Source of the DNA: an uncultured Gammaproteobacteria bacterium
GTDB lineage: Bacteria > Pseudomonadota > Gammaproteobacteria > DRJJ01
Direction: 5' to 3'
Assembly (NCBI GenBank): GCA_947258795.1
Contig: CAMYJU010000007.1
Coordinates: 129,392-193,391, forward strand
Length of the DNA: 64,000 bases
Both the position numbers and the translations under genes were made by a program. Below are positions 29,970 through 40,301 of this stretch, in pieces; within the stretch, counting starts at the first letter, position 1; each line of letters begins with the position of its first letter. Under the pieces are notes generated by a model. The model was not told the origin of the DNA, made no database searches, and worked only from the letters and a program-made list of their open reading frames with translations.

Positions 29970-31154
29970 ATGGCTGAAATAAAACTAAGCAATATCAGCA
30001 AACATTTCGCCGCTACGATTGCGGTCGAGGAGGCTAGTTTTACGATCAGCGATGGTGAGTTTTTCATCCTGGTCGGCCCCTCAGGCTGTGGCAAATCCAC
30101 CCTGTTGAATATGATCGTGGGTCTGGAGCAGCCCACGACCGGGGAAATCAGTGTAGATGGCCAGGTGGTCAATGAACTGGACCCGAAGGATCGGAATATG
30201 GCTATGGTGTTTCAGAGCTATGCCCTGTATCCGCATATGAGTGTGCGTGAGAACATGGCTTTTCCGCTCAGGCTTGCGAAATTGTCACAGCAAGAGATCG
30301 ACAAGCGTGTTACCAGGGCAGCCGTAGTCCTCGAACTGGAAGACCTGCTTAACCGTAAGCCACGCGCGCTGTCCGGCGGGCAGCGCCAGCGTGTAGCGAT
30401 GGGCCGGGCGATTGTGCGTGAGCCCAAAGCATTTTTACTGGACGAGCCGCTCTCGAACCTGGATGCGAAACTGCGTGTACAGATGCGTACCGAGATTGCG
30501 CGACTGCAGCGTCGACTCGGCACCACTACGGTCTATGTTACCCATGACCAGACCGAGGCGATGACCCTGGGTGATCGTATTGCGGTGTTATATAAGGGCA
30601 GGTTGTTGCAAATCGGTACACCGCGTGAACTCTATGAATGTCCCGCGAATCTGTTCGTCGCCGGTTTTATCGGCTCGCCGACCATGAACTTCCTGCCGGC
30701 CCGGTGCAAGGATTCAAATCTTGAGTTACCGCTCGGTTCAATGAGGCTTTCTGAAACCATGAGTCAGCAGGTAGAACTTTCGGAAGGCCCGGTTATCGCG
30801 GCATTTCGGCCTGAGCATCTACGGATTGTTGGAGAAAAAAACAGTCCTTGCGATGGTGTGCAATTCGAGGCGCAGGTAGAGCTGGTCGAATGGCTTGGGG
30901 CGGATCTGTTTATCTACTTTTATGCTACAACCGAAGGATTCGAGGCGATGGAGCTTCCGGAAAATCTGGATATCACCACCCGTGACAAGGACCGACAACT
31001 ACTGGTCGCACGTATTGATCCGGCAACCGGAATTGGTGAAGGGGGTACGGTGAACTTGTGCATGGATGTAAGGCGTTTATTGTTCTTCGATTCCAGTACT
31101 GGTGAGAGATTTCGACAGGATAAGAGTAATGTAATAAGTATAAGACACCAATAA
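29970..31154 (+). CDS. Carbohydrate ABC transporter ATP-binding protein (MalK/UgpC-like) with a C-terminal TOBE-like domain
   Basis: [35 protein letters not shown]. Confidence 0.85.
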   Translation: MAEIKLSNISKHFAATIAVEEASFTISDGEFFILVGPSGCGKSTLLNMIVGLEQPTTGEISVDGQVVNELDPKDRNMAMVFQSYALYPHMSVRENMAFPLRLAKLSQQEIDKRVTRAAVVLELEDLLNRKPRALSGGQRQRVAMGRAIVREPKAFLLDEPLSNLDAKLRVQMRTEIARLQRRLGTTTVYVTHDQTEAMTLGDRIAVLYKGRLLQIGTPRELYECPANLFVAGFIGSPTMNFLPARCKDSNLELPLGSMRLSETMSQQVELSEGPVIAAFRPEHLRIVGEKNSPCDGVQFEAQVELVEWLGADLFIYFYATTEGFEAMELPENLDITTRDKDRQLLVARIDPATGIGEGGTVNLCMDVRRLLFFDSSTGERFRQDKSNVISIRHQ

Positions 31155-31312
31155 ACAAGTTGCTTGTCTCATCTGCTTACTGCTTATTTAATGATGCAGA
31201 AACTGATGTCTGGAAAAAGACCGGTTACTTAACCATACTTCACTACTATGAGATAGCAATATAACTCTTCATATTAATAATGACATCTGGTACTGCTTGT
31301 GACACACAGCCA

Positions 31313-31572
31313 GAGTTTTGATGTCGCTGATCCGGCATTAGCCGAGCAGGGCCAACAACGCATTGAATGGGCCCTGCAGGAAATGCCGGTACTGCGTGAG
31401 CTTTCAGCGCGATTTAGTGACGAGCGGCGGCTGGACAACGCTGTACATATAATGTCCCGGTAGATATTGATCGGGAAGTAGCGAGCCTGAAGCTGGCAGC
31501 GATGAATATCGGCATCGACGATCTGACTGAAGAGCAACATAAATATCTTTCTTCCTGGCGGGAGGGGACCTG
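31313..31572 (+). pseudogene. ahcY: Relic of adenosylhomocysteinase with a large internal deletion
   Basis: Frame 1 reads SFDVADPALAEQGQQRIEWALQEMPVLRELSARFSDERRLDNA, the AhcY N-terminus (compare DYKVADIxLAxWGRxEIxIAExEMPxLMxLR) and then stops. Frame 3 continues DIDREVASLKLAAMNIGIDDLTEEQHKYLSSWREGT*, a plausible AhcY C-terminus. About 400 codons are missing between the two parts. Confidence 0.5.
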
Positions 31573-31800
31573 AGACTAGATTATTAAAAGGAATAGAAGT
31601 CTTTTAGTAGTTATTTAGGGGTCTCTGATAAATTCTGTTATTATAGAACTAAATCGCATCGTTCATTAAAGTGCCTGATAGTGTCTTGAGAAGCCAATAA
31701 AAATTAGTCTATTAGGAATCTGTTAATTTTTTAAATCCTTTTTTTACGTCGATCAGTACTATATTTGGACTGAGAGTCATGTTACCCGGGTAATACCTTC

Positions 31801-32265
31801 ATGTTACGTCCTTTCCTGGTACTGTTAGCTTTTCTGATCATGCCCGTAGCGCTGGCGGACAAGCCGGTTGGCTATGAATTTTATACCTTCGACAAAGCCA
31901 TGCTGCAGGCAAAGACGCAGGGAAAACCGCTATTTGTCTACTTTGGTCGTTATGGCTGTGGCTATTGTGACAAAACCAATAAGGAAGCCTTTAGCGATGA
32001 GCAGGTACGCAAAATTTATAACAGTCACTATGTGCTCGCTTATGTCGATTCTGAAAGCGGCAAGCGCCTGCGTCTGCCCAGTGGTGAACGCATTGCCGAG
32101 CGTGAAGTCGGCACCCGGTACAACGCCTTCGTGACGCCTGTATTTACCTTTATGACTGAGACAGGTGAAGTCTTTCACAGGATGGTTGGTGTACAACGAA
32201 TCGAGGATTTACTATCAGCCCACAAAATCGTGCAACAGAAACTGGCCAATACCGTCAAACCATGA
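31801..32265 (+). CDS. Periplasmic thioredoxin-fold protein (CxxC)
   Basis: Signal peptide plus FVYFGRYGCGYCDK thioredoxin-like active site. Confidence 0.6.
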   Translation: MLRPFLVLLAFLIMPVALADKPVGYEFYTFDKAMLQAKTQGKPLFVYFGRYGCGYCDKTNKEAFSDEQVRKIYNSHYVLAYVDSESGKRLRLPSGERIAEREVGTRYNAFVTPVFTFMTETGEVFHRMVGVQRIEDLLSAHKIVQQKLANTVKP

Positions 32266-33485
32266 GTCTGAATACTGTTCTCAGTGGCATCGTCATGCTT
32301 GCCATCACACCACTTGTGCATGCGCAACCATGGGAATTCAAGGAGCCGGTCCAGGTAAGTGTAACATCAGGCCCCGGCATCTTTCATCATCTGGAATCTT
32401 CCGGCAGAAGAAATATTGCTGTATCGGGTGATGTCGTGGCTGTGGTCTGGGAAGACAATCGTAACGGCACACCACAAATCTATCTGGCGCGTAAGCCATT
32501 GAGCGCCAGCGAGTTTGAATCCGAAACCAGGATTAGCGCTCAGGGCGAGGCGTTTGAGCCATCACTGGTGTCACTCGGCAACGGTGACTTTGCCGTCGCC
32601 TGGGAGGAAGATGCGCGTATTTTTGTGCGATTGATTGGCGCTGAAAGGGTTGGTAAAGCATTGATGGTCGGTAGAGCTGAAGCATACCAGGCGAGTCTGG
32701 TTCGTCATCATCAACAGTTACTGCTGGTCTATGCGGCGGCAGGCGGGAAATATCCCAGAATATGGCTGCAACAACTGGCGATCGTACAAGGACTGTTGCG
32801 CAAATTGCCGGAATGCCCGGTGGATAAGGAGTCAGCCAGGGATGAACAGCTTTACCCGGTCGCATTAAGCCTGGGCGATCGGCTGATAGTCGCCTGGGAG
32901 GATCGCCGGCCAGGTCATACTATTATCATGGCTGCGCACAGCAATACGAAATCACTTTGTAACTTTAGTACACCACAGCGTATTAGTGAGGGTCCCGAAA
33001 AGTCCCGTGCCCCCTACGGGAAAGGGCATGGTGTGGCGCGGGTGGCGCTGGCTGGCTATGGTAACAGCCAGGGTATGGCGGTCTGGGCCGATAAACGCGA
33101 TTTTCGTGAAGGCTATGATGTCTATGCGGCGCGTTACCTGACGGATGGTAAAAGCCTGTTTGGAAAAAACGCCAAGGTCCAGGACAGTTTTGGCGGTGTT
33201 GCCCAGCAGTGGCATACGGCAATTGCCGGTAACGATGCCGGCAGCCTGGTGGTGGCCTGGGATGACAACCGTGATGGCGATGCCGACATTGTGCTGAGCT
33301 GGATCGAGGGCGGGGACTGGAGTGACGATCTCACGGTAGAGGCTGCCTCTGGAGTCGGCATCCAGTCGCACCCGTCAGTGTTTCTGGATAACGACACCAA
33401 CCTGCACCTGGTATGGAGCGAGCGTGAAAAAGTCGGTGGTCCGACGCGGCTGCGTTACCTGTTTGGCAAGGCGATCAGGCCGTAA
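32262..33485 (+). CDS. Secreted 7-repeat beta-propeller-like protein
   Basis: Signal peptide. Seven repeats of a [VAL][AV][VW][WA]xDxRxGxxxI[YV] motif (VAVVWEDNRNGTPQIY, LIVAWEDRRPGHTII, LVVAWDDNRDGDADIV and others). Confidence 0.45.
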   Translation: MSLNTVLSGIVMLAITPLVHAQPWEFKEPVQVSVTSGPGIFHHLESSGRRNIAVSGDVVAVVWEDNRNGTPQIYLARKPLSASEFESETRISAQGEAFEPSLVSLGNGDFAVAWEEDARIFVRLIGAERVGKALMVGRAEAYQASLVRHHQQLLLVYAAAGGKYPRIWLQQLAIVQGLLRKLPECPVDKESARDEQLYPVALSLGDRLIVAWEDRRPGHTIIMAAHSNTKSLCNFSTPQRISEGPEKSRAPYGKGHGVARVALAGYGNSQGMAVWADKRDFREGYDVYAARYLTDGKSLFGKNAKVQDSFGGVAQQWHTAIAGNDAGSLVVAWDDNRDGDADIVLSWIEGGDWSDDLTVEAASGVGIQSHPSVFLDNDTNLHLVWSEREKVGGPTRLRYLFGKAIRP

Positions 33486-33498
33486 CGATGAGCAAGTG

Positions 33499-34224
33499 CT
33501 ATTCAACCGTAATGCTGGAATCCTCCAGCAGTACCTCATAGATATAGCCGAAACCAAAATCCTTGTTCAGTGACAGCTTGCCGCTGACCAGGATCACATC
33601 ACCTGTTTTCGCGGTACCGGCCGTGGTGAGCGTAAGGTCCTTGGCCGTGCTGCTGTCACGGATATGGATCCAGTTCGTACCCATCACCTGTGGGGTATAT
33701 TTCACTACTTTGCCGCGTATGTGTATGGTTTTGCCAGCCAGTTGCTGTTTCTGGCCCAGAACCTCGCTGATGGTGTTGCCGTTGGCCGCCTTTTTGATGC
33801 CAGCGACGGGCTGTGCGGGAGCCTTATTGGCCGACTTGTGCGGAGCTGGCGTTGTCGCGGGGTCGCCGGCCTTGTCGGTGTAGATCTGGCCGACAAAATA
33901 CACTACATCAAATTCGCGCTTCAGGGTCTTGCTGTAAAACTTCTGCATCGGCATATTGGGTACAAACGAGACCATGCTGCCCGGAGCCAGGCTCACCGGC
34001 GGGGCGGCGGCCCAGTGCTTCGACTTGCCGGTGTCTACGTGTACGTAGGTATAGTTATCGGTGTTGATGGTCTCGATTACCTTGCCGTATATCTTGCCGG
34101 TGGTATTTCCCTGCATCGGCATGCCCTGATGCGGGTCCTGGTCGGGACTGGCCTGGCACAGGCTGCTGATAGTCAGTAACAATAGCGAAAGCGGTAAGCT
34201 GATCATTTTGAAAGGGTTATTCAC
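33499..34224 (-). CDS. Secreted tandem OB-fold (BOF/YgiW-like) protein
   Basis: Signal peptide. Two internal repeats, GKIYGKVIETINTDNYTYVHVDTGKSKHW and GKTIHIRGKVVKYTPQVMGTNWIHIRDSS. Confidence 0.4.
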   Translation of the reverse strand: MNNPFKMISLPLSLLLLTISSLCQASPDQDPHQGMPMQGNTTGKIYGKVIETINTDNYTYVHVDTGKSKHWAAAPPVSLAPGSMVSFVPNMPMQKFYSKTLKREFDVVYFVGQIYTDKAGDPATTPAPHKSANKAPAQPVAGIKKAANGNTISEVLGQKQQLAGKTIHIRGKVVKYTPQVMGTNWIHIRDSSTAKDLTLTTAGTAKTGDVILVSGKLSLNKDFGFGYIYEVLLEDSSITVE

Positions 34225-34444
34225 AAGCGTCTCCAGAAACTGTTGCTATACGGCTGTTAACCGCCTCATCGATAATATGCCACGTATGCTAACAGTACAA
34301 CCGCCTGATAATGTTGATCCAGGTCAGCATAACATCACAGCGGCTCAGGGGGCGCTAAATTATTAACTTCTACTATCAACAACATACGGGTAGAATAACG
34401 GTAAGTCAGAAGTAAAGGCAGAGAACCCAATGGGGTCCCAGGGC

Positions 34445-35017
34445 ATGTACAAAATTTTCGGTCTGATAGTCTCGCTGGTCGTATTAACGGCATGCAGTAC
34501 GGTTGCAGTCGAGCCTGGAAAAGACGGCCGTTATGCCGATATCAAGCTGTTCAGCCCGATCCCGGACAAAGCCGTGGTCTACGTTTATCGCGAAGACGCC
34601 ATAGCCGATGGCTACTATCCCACCAGGCTGATCGTCAACGGCCACACCGTATCCACCAGTGCCCGTAATAGCTATAATATCCTGGTGTTGCCGCCGGGTG
34701 AGTATGATATTGGCGTGACCTCTTCGTTCCAGGAGGGGGACTACCTGCCGATGGATGTCAACTTCAATGCCGGAGAGGTTCATTATCTGAATGTCTATTG
34801 GGAAAAAACCGCCCACTGGGAGAAGGATGAAGGATTCCGACTCAAGGCTGTCACCGAAAACCGGGCCAGGAAACACATCAGCAGTGCACGCCTGATCGCG
34901 TTCAAGGAGCTCTGCCCGGATTACCAGATCGATCCCGAAGAGAAAAATAAACTGGGCAACTCACAGGTCTTTTTCCGCTCCTATCGTGCAGGGATCTGCA
35001 ACGCCCCACCGCCATAG
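34445..35017 (+). CDS. Lipoprotein of unknown function
   Basis: Lipobox LTAC. No recognisable domain beyond that. Confidence 0.45.
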   Translation: MYKIFGLIVSLVVLTACSTVAVEPGKDGRYADIKLFSPIPDKAVVYVYREDAIADGYYPTRLIVNGHTVSTSARNSYNILVLPPGEYDIGVTSSFQEGDYLPMDVNFNAGEVHYLNVYWEKTAHWEKDEGFRLKAVTENRARKHISSARLIAFKELCPDYQIDPEEKNKLGNSQVFFRSYRAGICNAPPP

Positions 35018-35406
35018 CCGATGAAGCGCTGGCAGATATCCAATTAAAAACAATAACTTGAGATTTTCCGTATAAAAATTGACCAGCTGGAGCTGTTATC
35101 TGGAGTTGCTAGATAGTGCAGTACCAGCGTCGGAAACGCTAACTACAAAAAAAATTCCTCATTTTTCTAAAAGTATTTTTCCTGCCGCCGTTATAGTAAA
35201 TAACGTTTCGTGACAATGGCTACCTGTTGTGAAAACAGCGGGGCGCAAAGTTACCTGCCTGGGACCGATTGGTTATGGTAGAGGGGCTACCGGAGAAACG
35301 ATAAATATCTGCAATTGCCATCAGCAATCCTGCTTTGGGCGGGTAGTGGCCATAGCGGATATCTCCGGCTTCTGTCTTCCTTGCCAGGCCTGACTGAGGA
35401 AGATTT

Positions 35407-35940
35407 ATGAAGCTTTTTGGCAAGTCGTTTGTTGCAGTGCTGCTGATTGTATGTGTTGTGCCATCCGTGTCTGCGGGCAACTTCAAGGAATGGCTACTCG
35501 GTTCAGGGGCCAAAGCCCCCGAGCCTGTGCAACTGGATGTTTCGTCGGCGCAATGCATGAAATGCCACAATAGCAAGGACTCAGGTCATATCACTGTCAA
35601 ACATGCGGACTCACCAATGCAGTTCACGGCTTCAGGTCTGCAGACCAATCATCCGGTGGGTATGCATTATGGAAACTATGCGCTCAATCAACCGGCCAGT
35701 TTTCGTTCTCGCGCCACGCTCAATCCGAAAATCATGCTTGCCGGCGGCCGGGTGACCTGTATCAGCTGTCATGAGCAGAAAGAAAAGGATGTCAGTACAG
35801 CAAATGCAGCCAGGACCTATGGCAATGTACTTGCCGCCAGTGGTGGTTCGCTGTCCGGACTGGACATGTGTACTTCGAAAAAGACCTTGACGGTCGGCCC
35901 GAAAACATCGGACCTGTGCATGTCCTGTCATACGATGTAA
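35407..35940 (+). CDS. Secreted triheme c-type cytochrome
   Basis: Signal peptide. CMKCH, CISCH and CMSCH motifs. Confidence 0.75.
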   Translation: MKLFGKSFVAVLLIVCVVPSVSAGNFKEWLLGSGAKAPEPVQLDVSSAQCMKCHNSKDSGHITVKHADSPMQFTASGLQTNHPVGMHYGNYALNQPASFRSRATLNPKIMLAGGRVTCISCHEQKEKDVSTANAARTYGNVLAASGGSLSGLDMCTSKKTLTVGPKTSDLCMSCHTM

Positions 35941-36003
35941 AACACAAATATCAGATATCAGTCAGCTACCCTGATATATCCATGCGTATTTAATCCAGAC
36001 GAT

Positions 36004-36741
36004 TCATTTTTCCTGTGACATACAGGCCTTGAATATCCCGTACTTGTCGCCACGAGGGTCTCTTGGCATTTTTCCGGCCGGGATGCTGTAGGCGTTTTGC
36101 ACCATTTCACCGGTGACACTGTCCAGTTTTTCGATGCCGGTTTTCGGTAAGGACTCCAGTGTTTTTTTGTATGTGCCATTTGCCAGCCGATCCATTAATG
36201 CCTTGACATAGACATTGGCTGCGTAATAGCACAGCAGTTCGTGGTCCCTGTGGTTTTCCAGCAGCCATTCATAGTCCAGCCTGCCAATTTCACGGGCAAT
36301 CAGAAAATCATTCAGGCGGGCAGTAAACCCGACCAGTGAGAAACTGGTCTTCAGACGGTTTTTGTTTTTATCGACAATACGGACATCGATCTCCAGGCCA
36401 CTGATCATCTTGTTCATCAGTGTGGTCTGCTGTTTTTTATCCAGGCCCAGTATGTAGGTTTTGCGGTCGGCATAGTTGTCGATCAGTTGCAGCTTGCCGG
36501 TTTTAAGGCCCAGTTCACCGATCTGGAGATCGGTTATATCCGGCTGGATGATTTCTCTGGCCTTGTATAATGAAAGAAAGAAATCAACACCGTTGTTGTT
36601 TTCTACAATACTCAACTGGTGTTTGTTACTATTAGTGACAAATATGCCTTTTTTACCAGCGGTATTGATTTCCCATGCTGCGAGCTGGCTGGTGTTGAAC
36701 ATGAGCAGGCCAATAGCGATTATTATTCTTTGGATGATCAT
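36004..36741 (-). CDS. Secreted hypothetical protein (paralog A of the protein at 48356-49090)
   Basis: Signal peptide. SFSLVGFTARLNDFLIAREIGRLDYEWLLENHRDHELLCYYAANVYVKAL aligns with TFSIIGFTDAYTDLQISNELGRLDPDWLIEQGKDRGLACYYSAILTVQAL in the paralog. The C-termini YGIFKACMSQEK and YKLFKSCMRDQ also match. Confidence 0.6.
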   Translation of the reverse strand: MIIQRIIIAIGLLMFNTSQLAAWEINTAGKKGIFVTNSNKHQLSIVENNNGVDFFLSLYKAREIIQPDITDLQIGELGLKTGKLQLIDNYADRKTYILGLDKKQQTTLMNKMISGLEIDVRIVDKNKNRLKTSFSLVGFTARLNDFLIAREIGRLDYEWLLENHRDHELLCYYAANVYVKALMDRLANGTYKKTLESLPKTGIEKLDSVTGEMVQNAYSIPAGKMPRDPRGDKYGIFKACMSQEK

Positions 36742-37010
36742 AAAGTCATCATATCAGCTCGTCTGGTTTTATACAGTACCCGTATAAACAGGGCCGGCAG
36801 TATCTATTGAATAAGTATACTCAGGGCTGGTGTTTTTTTACTATTAAATGCAGGGAATATTGATACTGGTCAATTTTGGTATACGTTTATTGTTGTAGGG
36901 TAGAAACGCATTGTATAAAAGACCCTGAACGATGACGTATCCTGGTGCGGGCGATACGCACAAAACAGGGGGGAGAGAGGGTGTTGAGAAGATGGCGGTA
37001 TCGCAACAGC

Positions 37011-37982
37011 ATGGTATATCTGCTCCATTCAGCTGTTATGGCCTGCATGCTGGCACCTGTTGCATATGCGGACAGACCGGACCCCGGAGACGTCCAGCAG
37101 CTGATCAGAAAGGCTGAAGCGATACCGGGCATGATAGAGGAAAACCGGCTGGAGACATCGCAAATCCCCGATCCACACTGGCGTAAGCAGGCCTGTCTGG
37201 CCTGTCATACCAGTGAGCCGGCAAAAGGTGCGCCGCTACTGAAAACCGGCGGGGATGGTAGCTGTTTTTACTGTCATCGCCCGGAGGATCACACCGTGAT
37301 TCATCCTGCCCGTCTTGAGCCTGGTAAAAGAATGCGAGCGCAAATGTCGCCGGAATTCAGACAGCGGCTGATCAAGGGCAGGAAAACAGACTGCCTGACC
37401 TGTCATGACATTTTATTGCAGTGTAAAAAACGACCAGCGGCGATGCGTGTGCGTAACAGTGCCTTTCTGCGTGGCGGCTATTACAAACATCGTACTGGTG
37501 TGTGCTACCAGTGCCATAACCGGGAAAGCTATCAAAAACTGAATCCGCATGACCAGGTCAGTGATCAGGGTGTGCTCAACAAGGACAAATGCCTGATCTG
37601 CCATCGCAAGCTGCCGAGGCAGGATGGTGGTCGGGTCGGTGCAGGGGCTGCGATGCATACCGATCCGGACTGGTCGGCGATCTGCCTGAACTGCCATCGT
37701 TGGCAGCCACATCCTGGAGGCAATATGGCCATGTTTTCGGGGGGTAAGGCGCCGGACCATCTGGTGGTACCGGATGACGGGATACGCGACAGGCTTGCGA
37801 CCAGGACGCGGGAACTGAATCTGGATATGCCGCTGGAGCCTGACACCGGCAAGGTCTACTGCGCAACCTGTCATAATCCGCATGAGCGTGGCGTGATCAA
37901 GAAGGCAGGTCTGGCTAAGGGGGCGGATGAAAAAAATCGATTGCGGGCGCAACGAATCTGTATCAATTGTCATGAAAAATGA
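37011..37982 (+). CDS. Periplasmic octaheme c-type cytochrome
   Basis: Signal peptide MVYLLHSAVMACMLAPVAYA. Eight CxxCH motifs: CLACH, CFYCH, CLTCH, CYQCH, CLICH, CLNCH, CATCH, CINCH. Confidence 0.8.
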   Translation: MVYLLHSAVMACMLAPVAYADRPDPGDVQQLIRKAEAIPGMIEENRLETSQIPDPHWRKQACLACHTSEPAKGAPLLKTGGDGSCFYCHRPEDHTVIHPARLEPGKRMRAQMSPEFRQRLIKGRKTDCLTCHDILLQCKKRPAAMRVRNSAFLRGGYYKHRTGVCYQCHNRESYQKLNPHDQVSDQGVLNKDKCLICHRKLPRQDGGRVGAGAAMHTDPDWSAICLNCHRWQPHPGGNMAMFSGGKAPDHLVVPDDGIRDRLATRTRELNLDMPLEPDTGKVYCATCHNPHERGVIKKAGLAKGADEKNRLRAQRICINCHEK

Positions 37983-38029
37983 GTATATTGTTGGCAGCTC
38001 GCTGACATCATCATAACAGGAATAATAGA

Positions 38030-39151
38030 ATGACGATCAGGCAATCCGGGTTTCTTCTGTTCTGTTTCATACTGCTGGGCGTATTGTACTCGGGGGGGCT
38101 GCAGGCCTTTGTCGACGAAGAGGGTTGTCTGCTTTGTCATAAGTACCCGAAGATGGGTCGTGTAACGGAAGAGGGTACGCGGCGCTCCTACTATGTCATT
38201 CCACACGTGTTTGGCAAGACCGTACATCGCAATGTCCCTTGTCGTGACTGCCATACCAATATCAAGGAACTGCCGCACCGTGAAGTGAAGACCGGTGTCA
38301 CCTGTGATGCCGAGTGTCATTCAGTCAAGAACCCGGCGACCGGCAAGAACTTCAGTCACAAGCCGATTTACGAGGTCTACCGCAAGAGTGTGCACGGTCG
38401 TGACAAGATAGAAGAAGGTCTGGAGGCCGACAAGCCCTATTGCATTAGCTGTCACACCAATCCGTTGTACAACCCGGGTGAAAAGAGCATACCAAAAAGA
38501 ATTGCCGATCGTTGCGTGGTCTGCCATGAAGACCGAACCTTCGTCGAGGCCTGGTACAACCATACCAGCAGGCGTATCCGTGACATCAAGCGTTCGTCTG
38601 CAGAGATCGTTACACTCTGCTCATCCTGCCATGGCGACAAGAAACTGATTGAACGTCATATGAAAGCGGCTACTGAAGGCGACAAGGAGCTGGGCAGGAA
38701 GTTTGCGGTTGCATCAGAATCATACGACAACAGTTTCCACGGCAAGGTAACCCGTTATGGCTTTAGTGAAGCGGCCAATTGTCTGGATTGTCATGCTGAT
38801 TACGACAACTATTACCTGTCGGTTCACGATATAAGGCCCTCGCGTGATCCCTTGTCCCCAGTGCATGATGAAAGGCGATACAAGACCTGTCAGCGTTGTC
38901 ATACCTATGCGAACGAAAACTATGCGACCATCGATCCGCACCCGACCAAGGATCGAGAAAGTAACCCCTTTGTTTTCTGGGCAGAAGCGATTTATAACTG
39001 GGTCGCCTATGTCGTCATTGCCGGTCTGATCAGTCTGGCAATGTTCGAGACCCTGGGGCGCAGACGCGATGGCGCCGGCTGGAGACTGCGTCATGGTTCG
39101 TCCTGGTGGCGCAGAAGCCGCAGGGGCAAGAACAGGGATCGTGTGATCTGA
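38030..39151 (+). CDS. Multiheme c-type cytochrome (about 8 haems) with a C-terminal TM anchor. Module A; paralog of 45464-46561.
   Basis: CLLCH, CRDCH, CDAECH (Cx3CH), CISCH, CVVCH, CSSCH, CLDCH, CQRCH. C-terminal hydrophobic VAYVVIAGLISLAMFETL. Collinear with the 45464 protein. Confidence 0.8.
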   Translation: MTIRQSGFLLFCFILLGVLYSGGLQAFVDEEGCLLCHKYPKMGRVTEEGTRRSYYVIPHVFGKTVHRNVPCRDCHTNIKELPHREVKTGVTCDAECHSVKNPATGKNFSHKPIYEVYRKSVHGRDKIEEGLEADKPYCISCHTNPLYNPGEKSIPKRIADRCVVCHEDRTFVEAWYNHTSRRIRDIKRSSAEIVTLCSSCHGDKKLIERHMKAATEGDKELGRKFAVASESYDNSFHGKVTRYGFSEAANCLDCHADYDNYYLSVHDIRPSRDPLSPVHDERRYKTCQRCHTYANENYATIDPHPTKDRESNPFVFWAEAIYNWVAYVVIAGLISLAMFETLGRRRDGAGWRLRHGSSWWRRSRRGKNRDRVI

Positions 39152-39207
39152 GCGGTTCAGGTTATTCAAAACAACATGCAGCAGAGTAAAAACCGGGTAG
39201 GAAACAA

Positions 39208-40170
39208 ATGAAATTATCTGATGAAGCGCAAAAGATTCTGGAAACATCCATGCGTATCAACAAGACCAGCGATGCTGATCGCAAGGAGATCGAGGAACTG
39301 ATTCATCTCATGCCGAACGACAGGGTGCTGTTGTACAAGAATGTTGTATCGAACCCGATTGGCGATTTACCCAGGTACTCGGTGCATATCCGTATCCAGC
39401 ATATGCTCACCTTTGTTACCTTCCTGGCGCTGGCCTTTACCGGTTTGCCGGTTGCCTTCTATGACCATGTCTGGGCCGAGCCACTGAACACCATAGTCGG
39501 CGGGGTGGATGTGTCGCGTGTTATCCATCGTACCCTGGCTGTGGTCATGATCATGAGTATGATCTATCACATCTTTACCATTTCACTCGGACCACTGATG
39601 CAGGTGCTTAAAGGCCGGTTTGAAATAAGGCGTACGATTATTCCGTTAATGAAAGACCTGCGTGATTTCAAGAATGACATTCTGTATTTTGCCGGCCGGC
39701 ACGACCAGCGTCCTGAAATGGACAAGTTCATGTACAAGCAGAAGCTGCATTATTTTGCCGCTGCCTTCGGTAATATCGTGATGGTGGTGTCGGGTTCATC
39801 ATTCCTGTTTCCCGATATCTGGGCCAGTATCCTGCCGGCCAGTATGGCATCCAACTTTCAGGAGCTGATGCGTCTTTCTCATCCGCATGAAGCCCTGCTG
39901 GCATTGCTGGTTATCGCGTTCTGGCACTGGTACAACGTGCACCTGGCGCCAGGCCGGTTTCCGATGCAATGGACCTTCCTGACCGGCAAGATTACGCGTG
40001 AACACCAGATCGAGGAGCATTTTCTCGAATACCTGCGTAACCTGGTTGAATTGCCGGAAGAACGTTCCTATCTGCACGACATGCTGACGGCGCGTGAACT
40101 GCGCGAGGAAGGTCATGTGCATGAAATGCCCGAGGAGCCGCCGCTGGCCAGCGAGGAATCGTCATCATGA
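39208..40170 (+). CDS. Membrane b-type cytochrome subunit (Ni/Fe-hydrogenase/FdnI-type di-haem cytochrome b family). Module A.
   Basis: 4-5 TM helices with conserved His (HIRIQHMLTF, RVIHRTLAVV...YHIF, HPHEALLALLVIAFWHWYNVH). Paralog of 46575-47390. Confidence 0.6.
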   Translation: MKLSDEAQKILETSMRINKTSDADRKEIEELIHLMPNDRVLLYKNVVSNPIGDLPRYSVHIRIQHMLTFVTFLALAFTGLPVAFYDHVWAEPLNTIVGGVDVSRVIHRTLAVVMIMSMIYHIFTISLGPLMQVLKGRFEIRRTIIPLMKDLRDFKNDILYFAGRHDQRPEMDKFMYKQKLHYFAAAFGNIVMVVSGSSFLFPDIWASILPASMASNFQELMRLSHPHEALLALLVIAFWHWYNVHLAPGRFPMQWTFLTGKITREHQIEEHFLEYLRNLVELPEERSYLHDMLTARELREEGHVHEMPEEPPLASEESSS

Positions 40171-40301
40171 TGAAGCCATTGAAACCATACCAGAAGGTCA
40201 TCGCCTATGCGTCACTGGCGTTCGTTCTGGCATGGACCGCATTTGGCATATTTACCATATGGGTAATACTGACTAACGTATAACGTACAGAAGGTAGAAC
40301 A

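Noticed and set aside
36945-37010. GTG-initiated N-terminal extension of the octaheme cytochrome ORF (MRAIRTKQGGERVLRRWRYRNS).
   Set aside because: The signal peptide begins at the ATG at 37011 (MVYLLHSAVMACMLAPVAYA). The extension is Arg-rich without a hydrophobic core.
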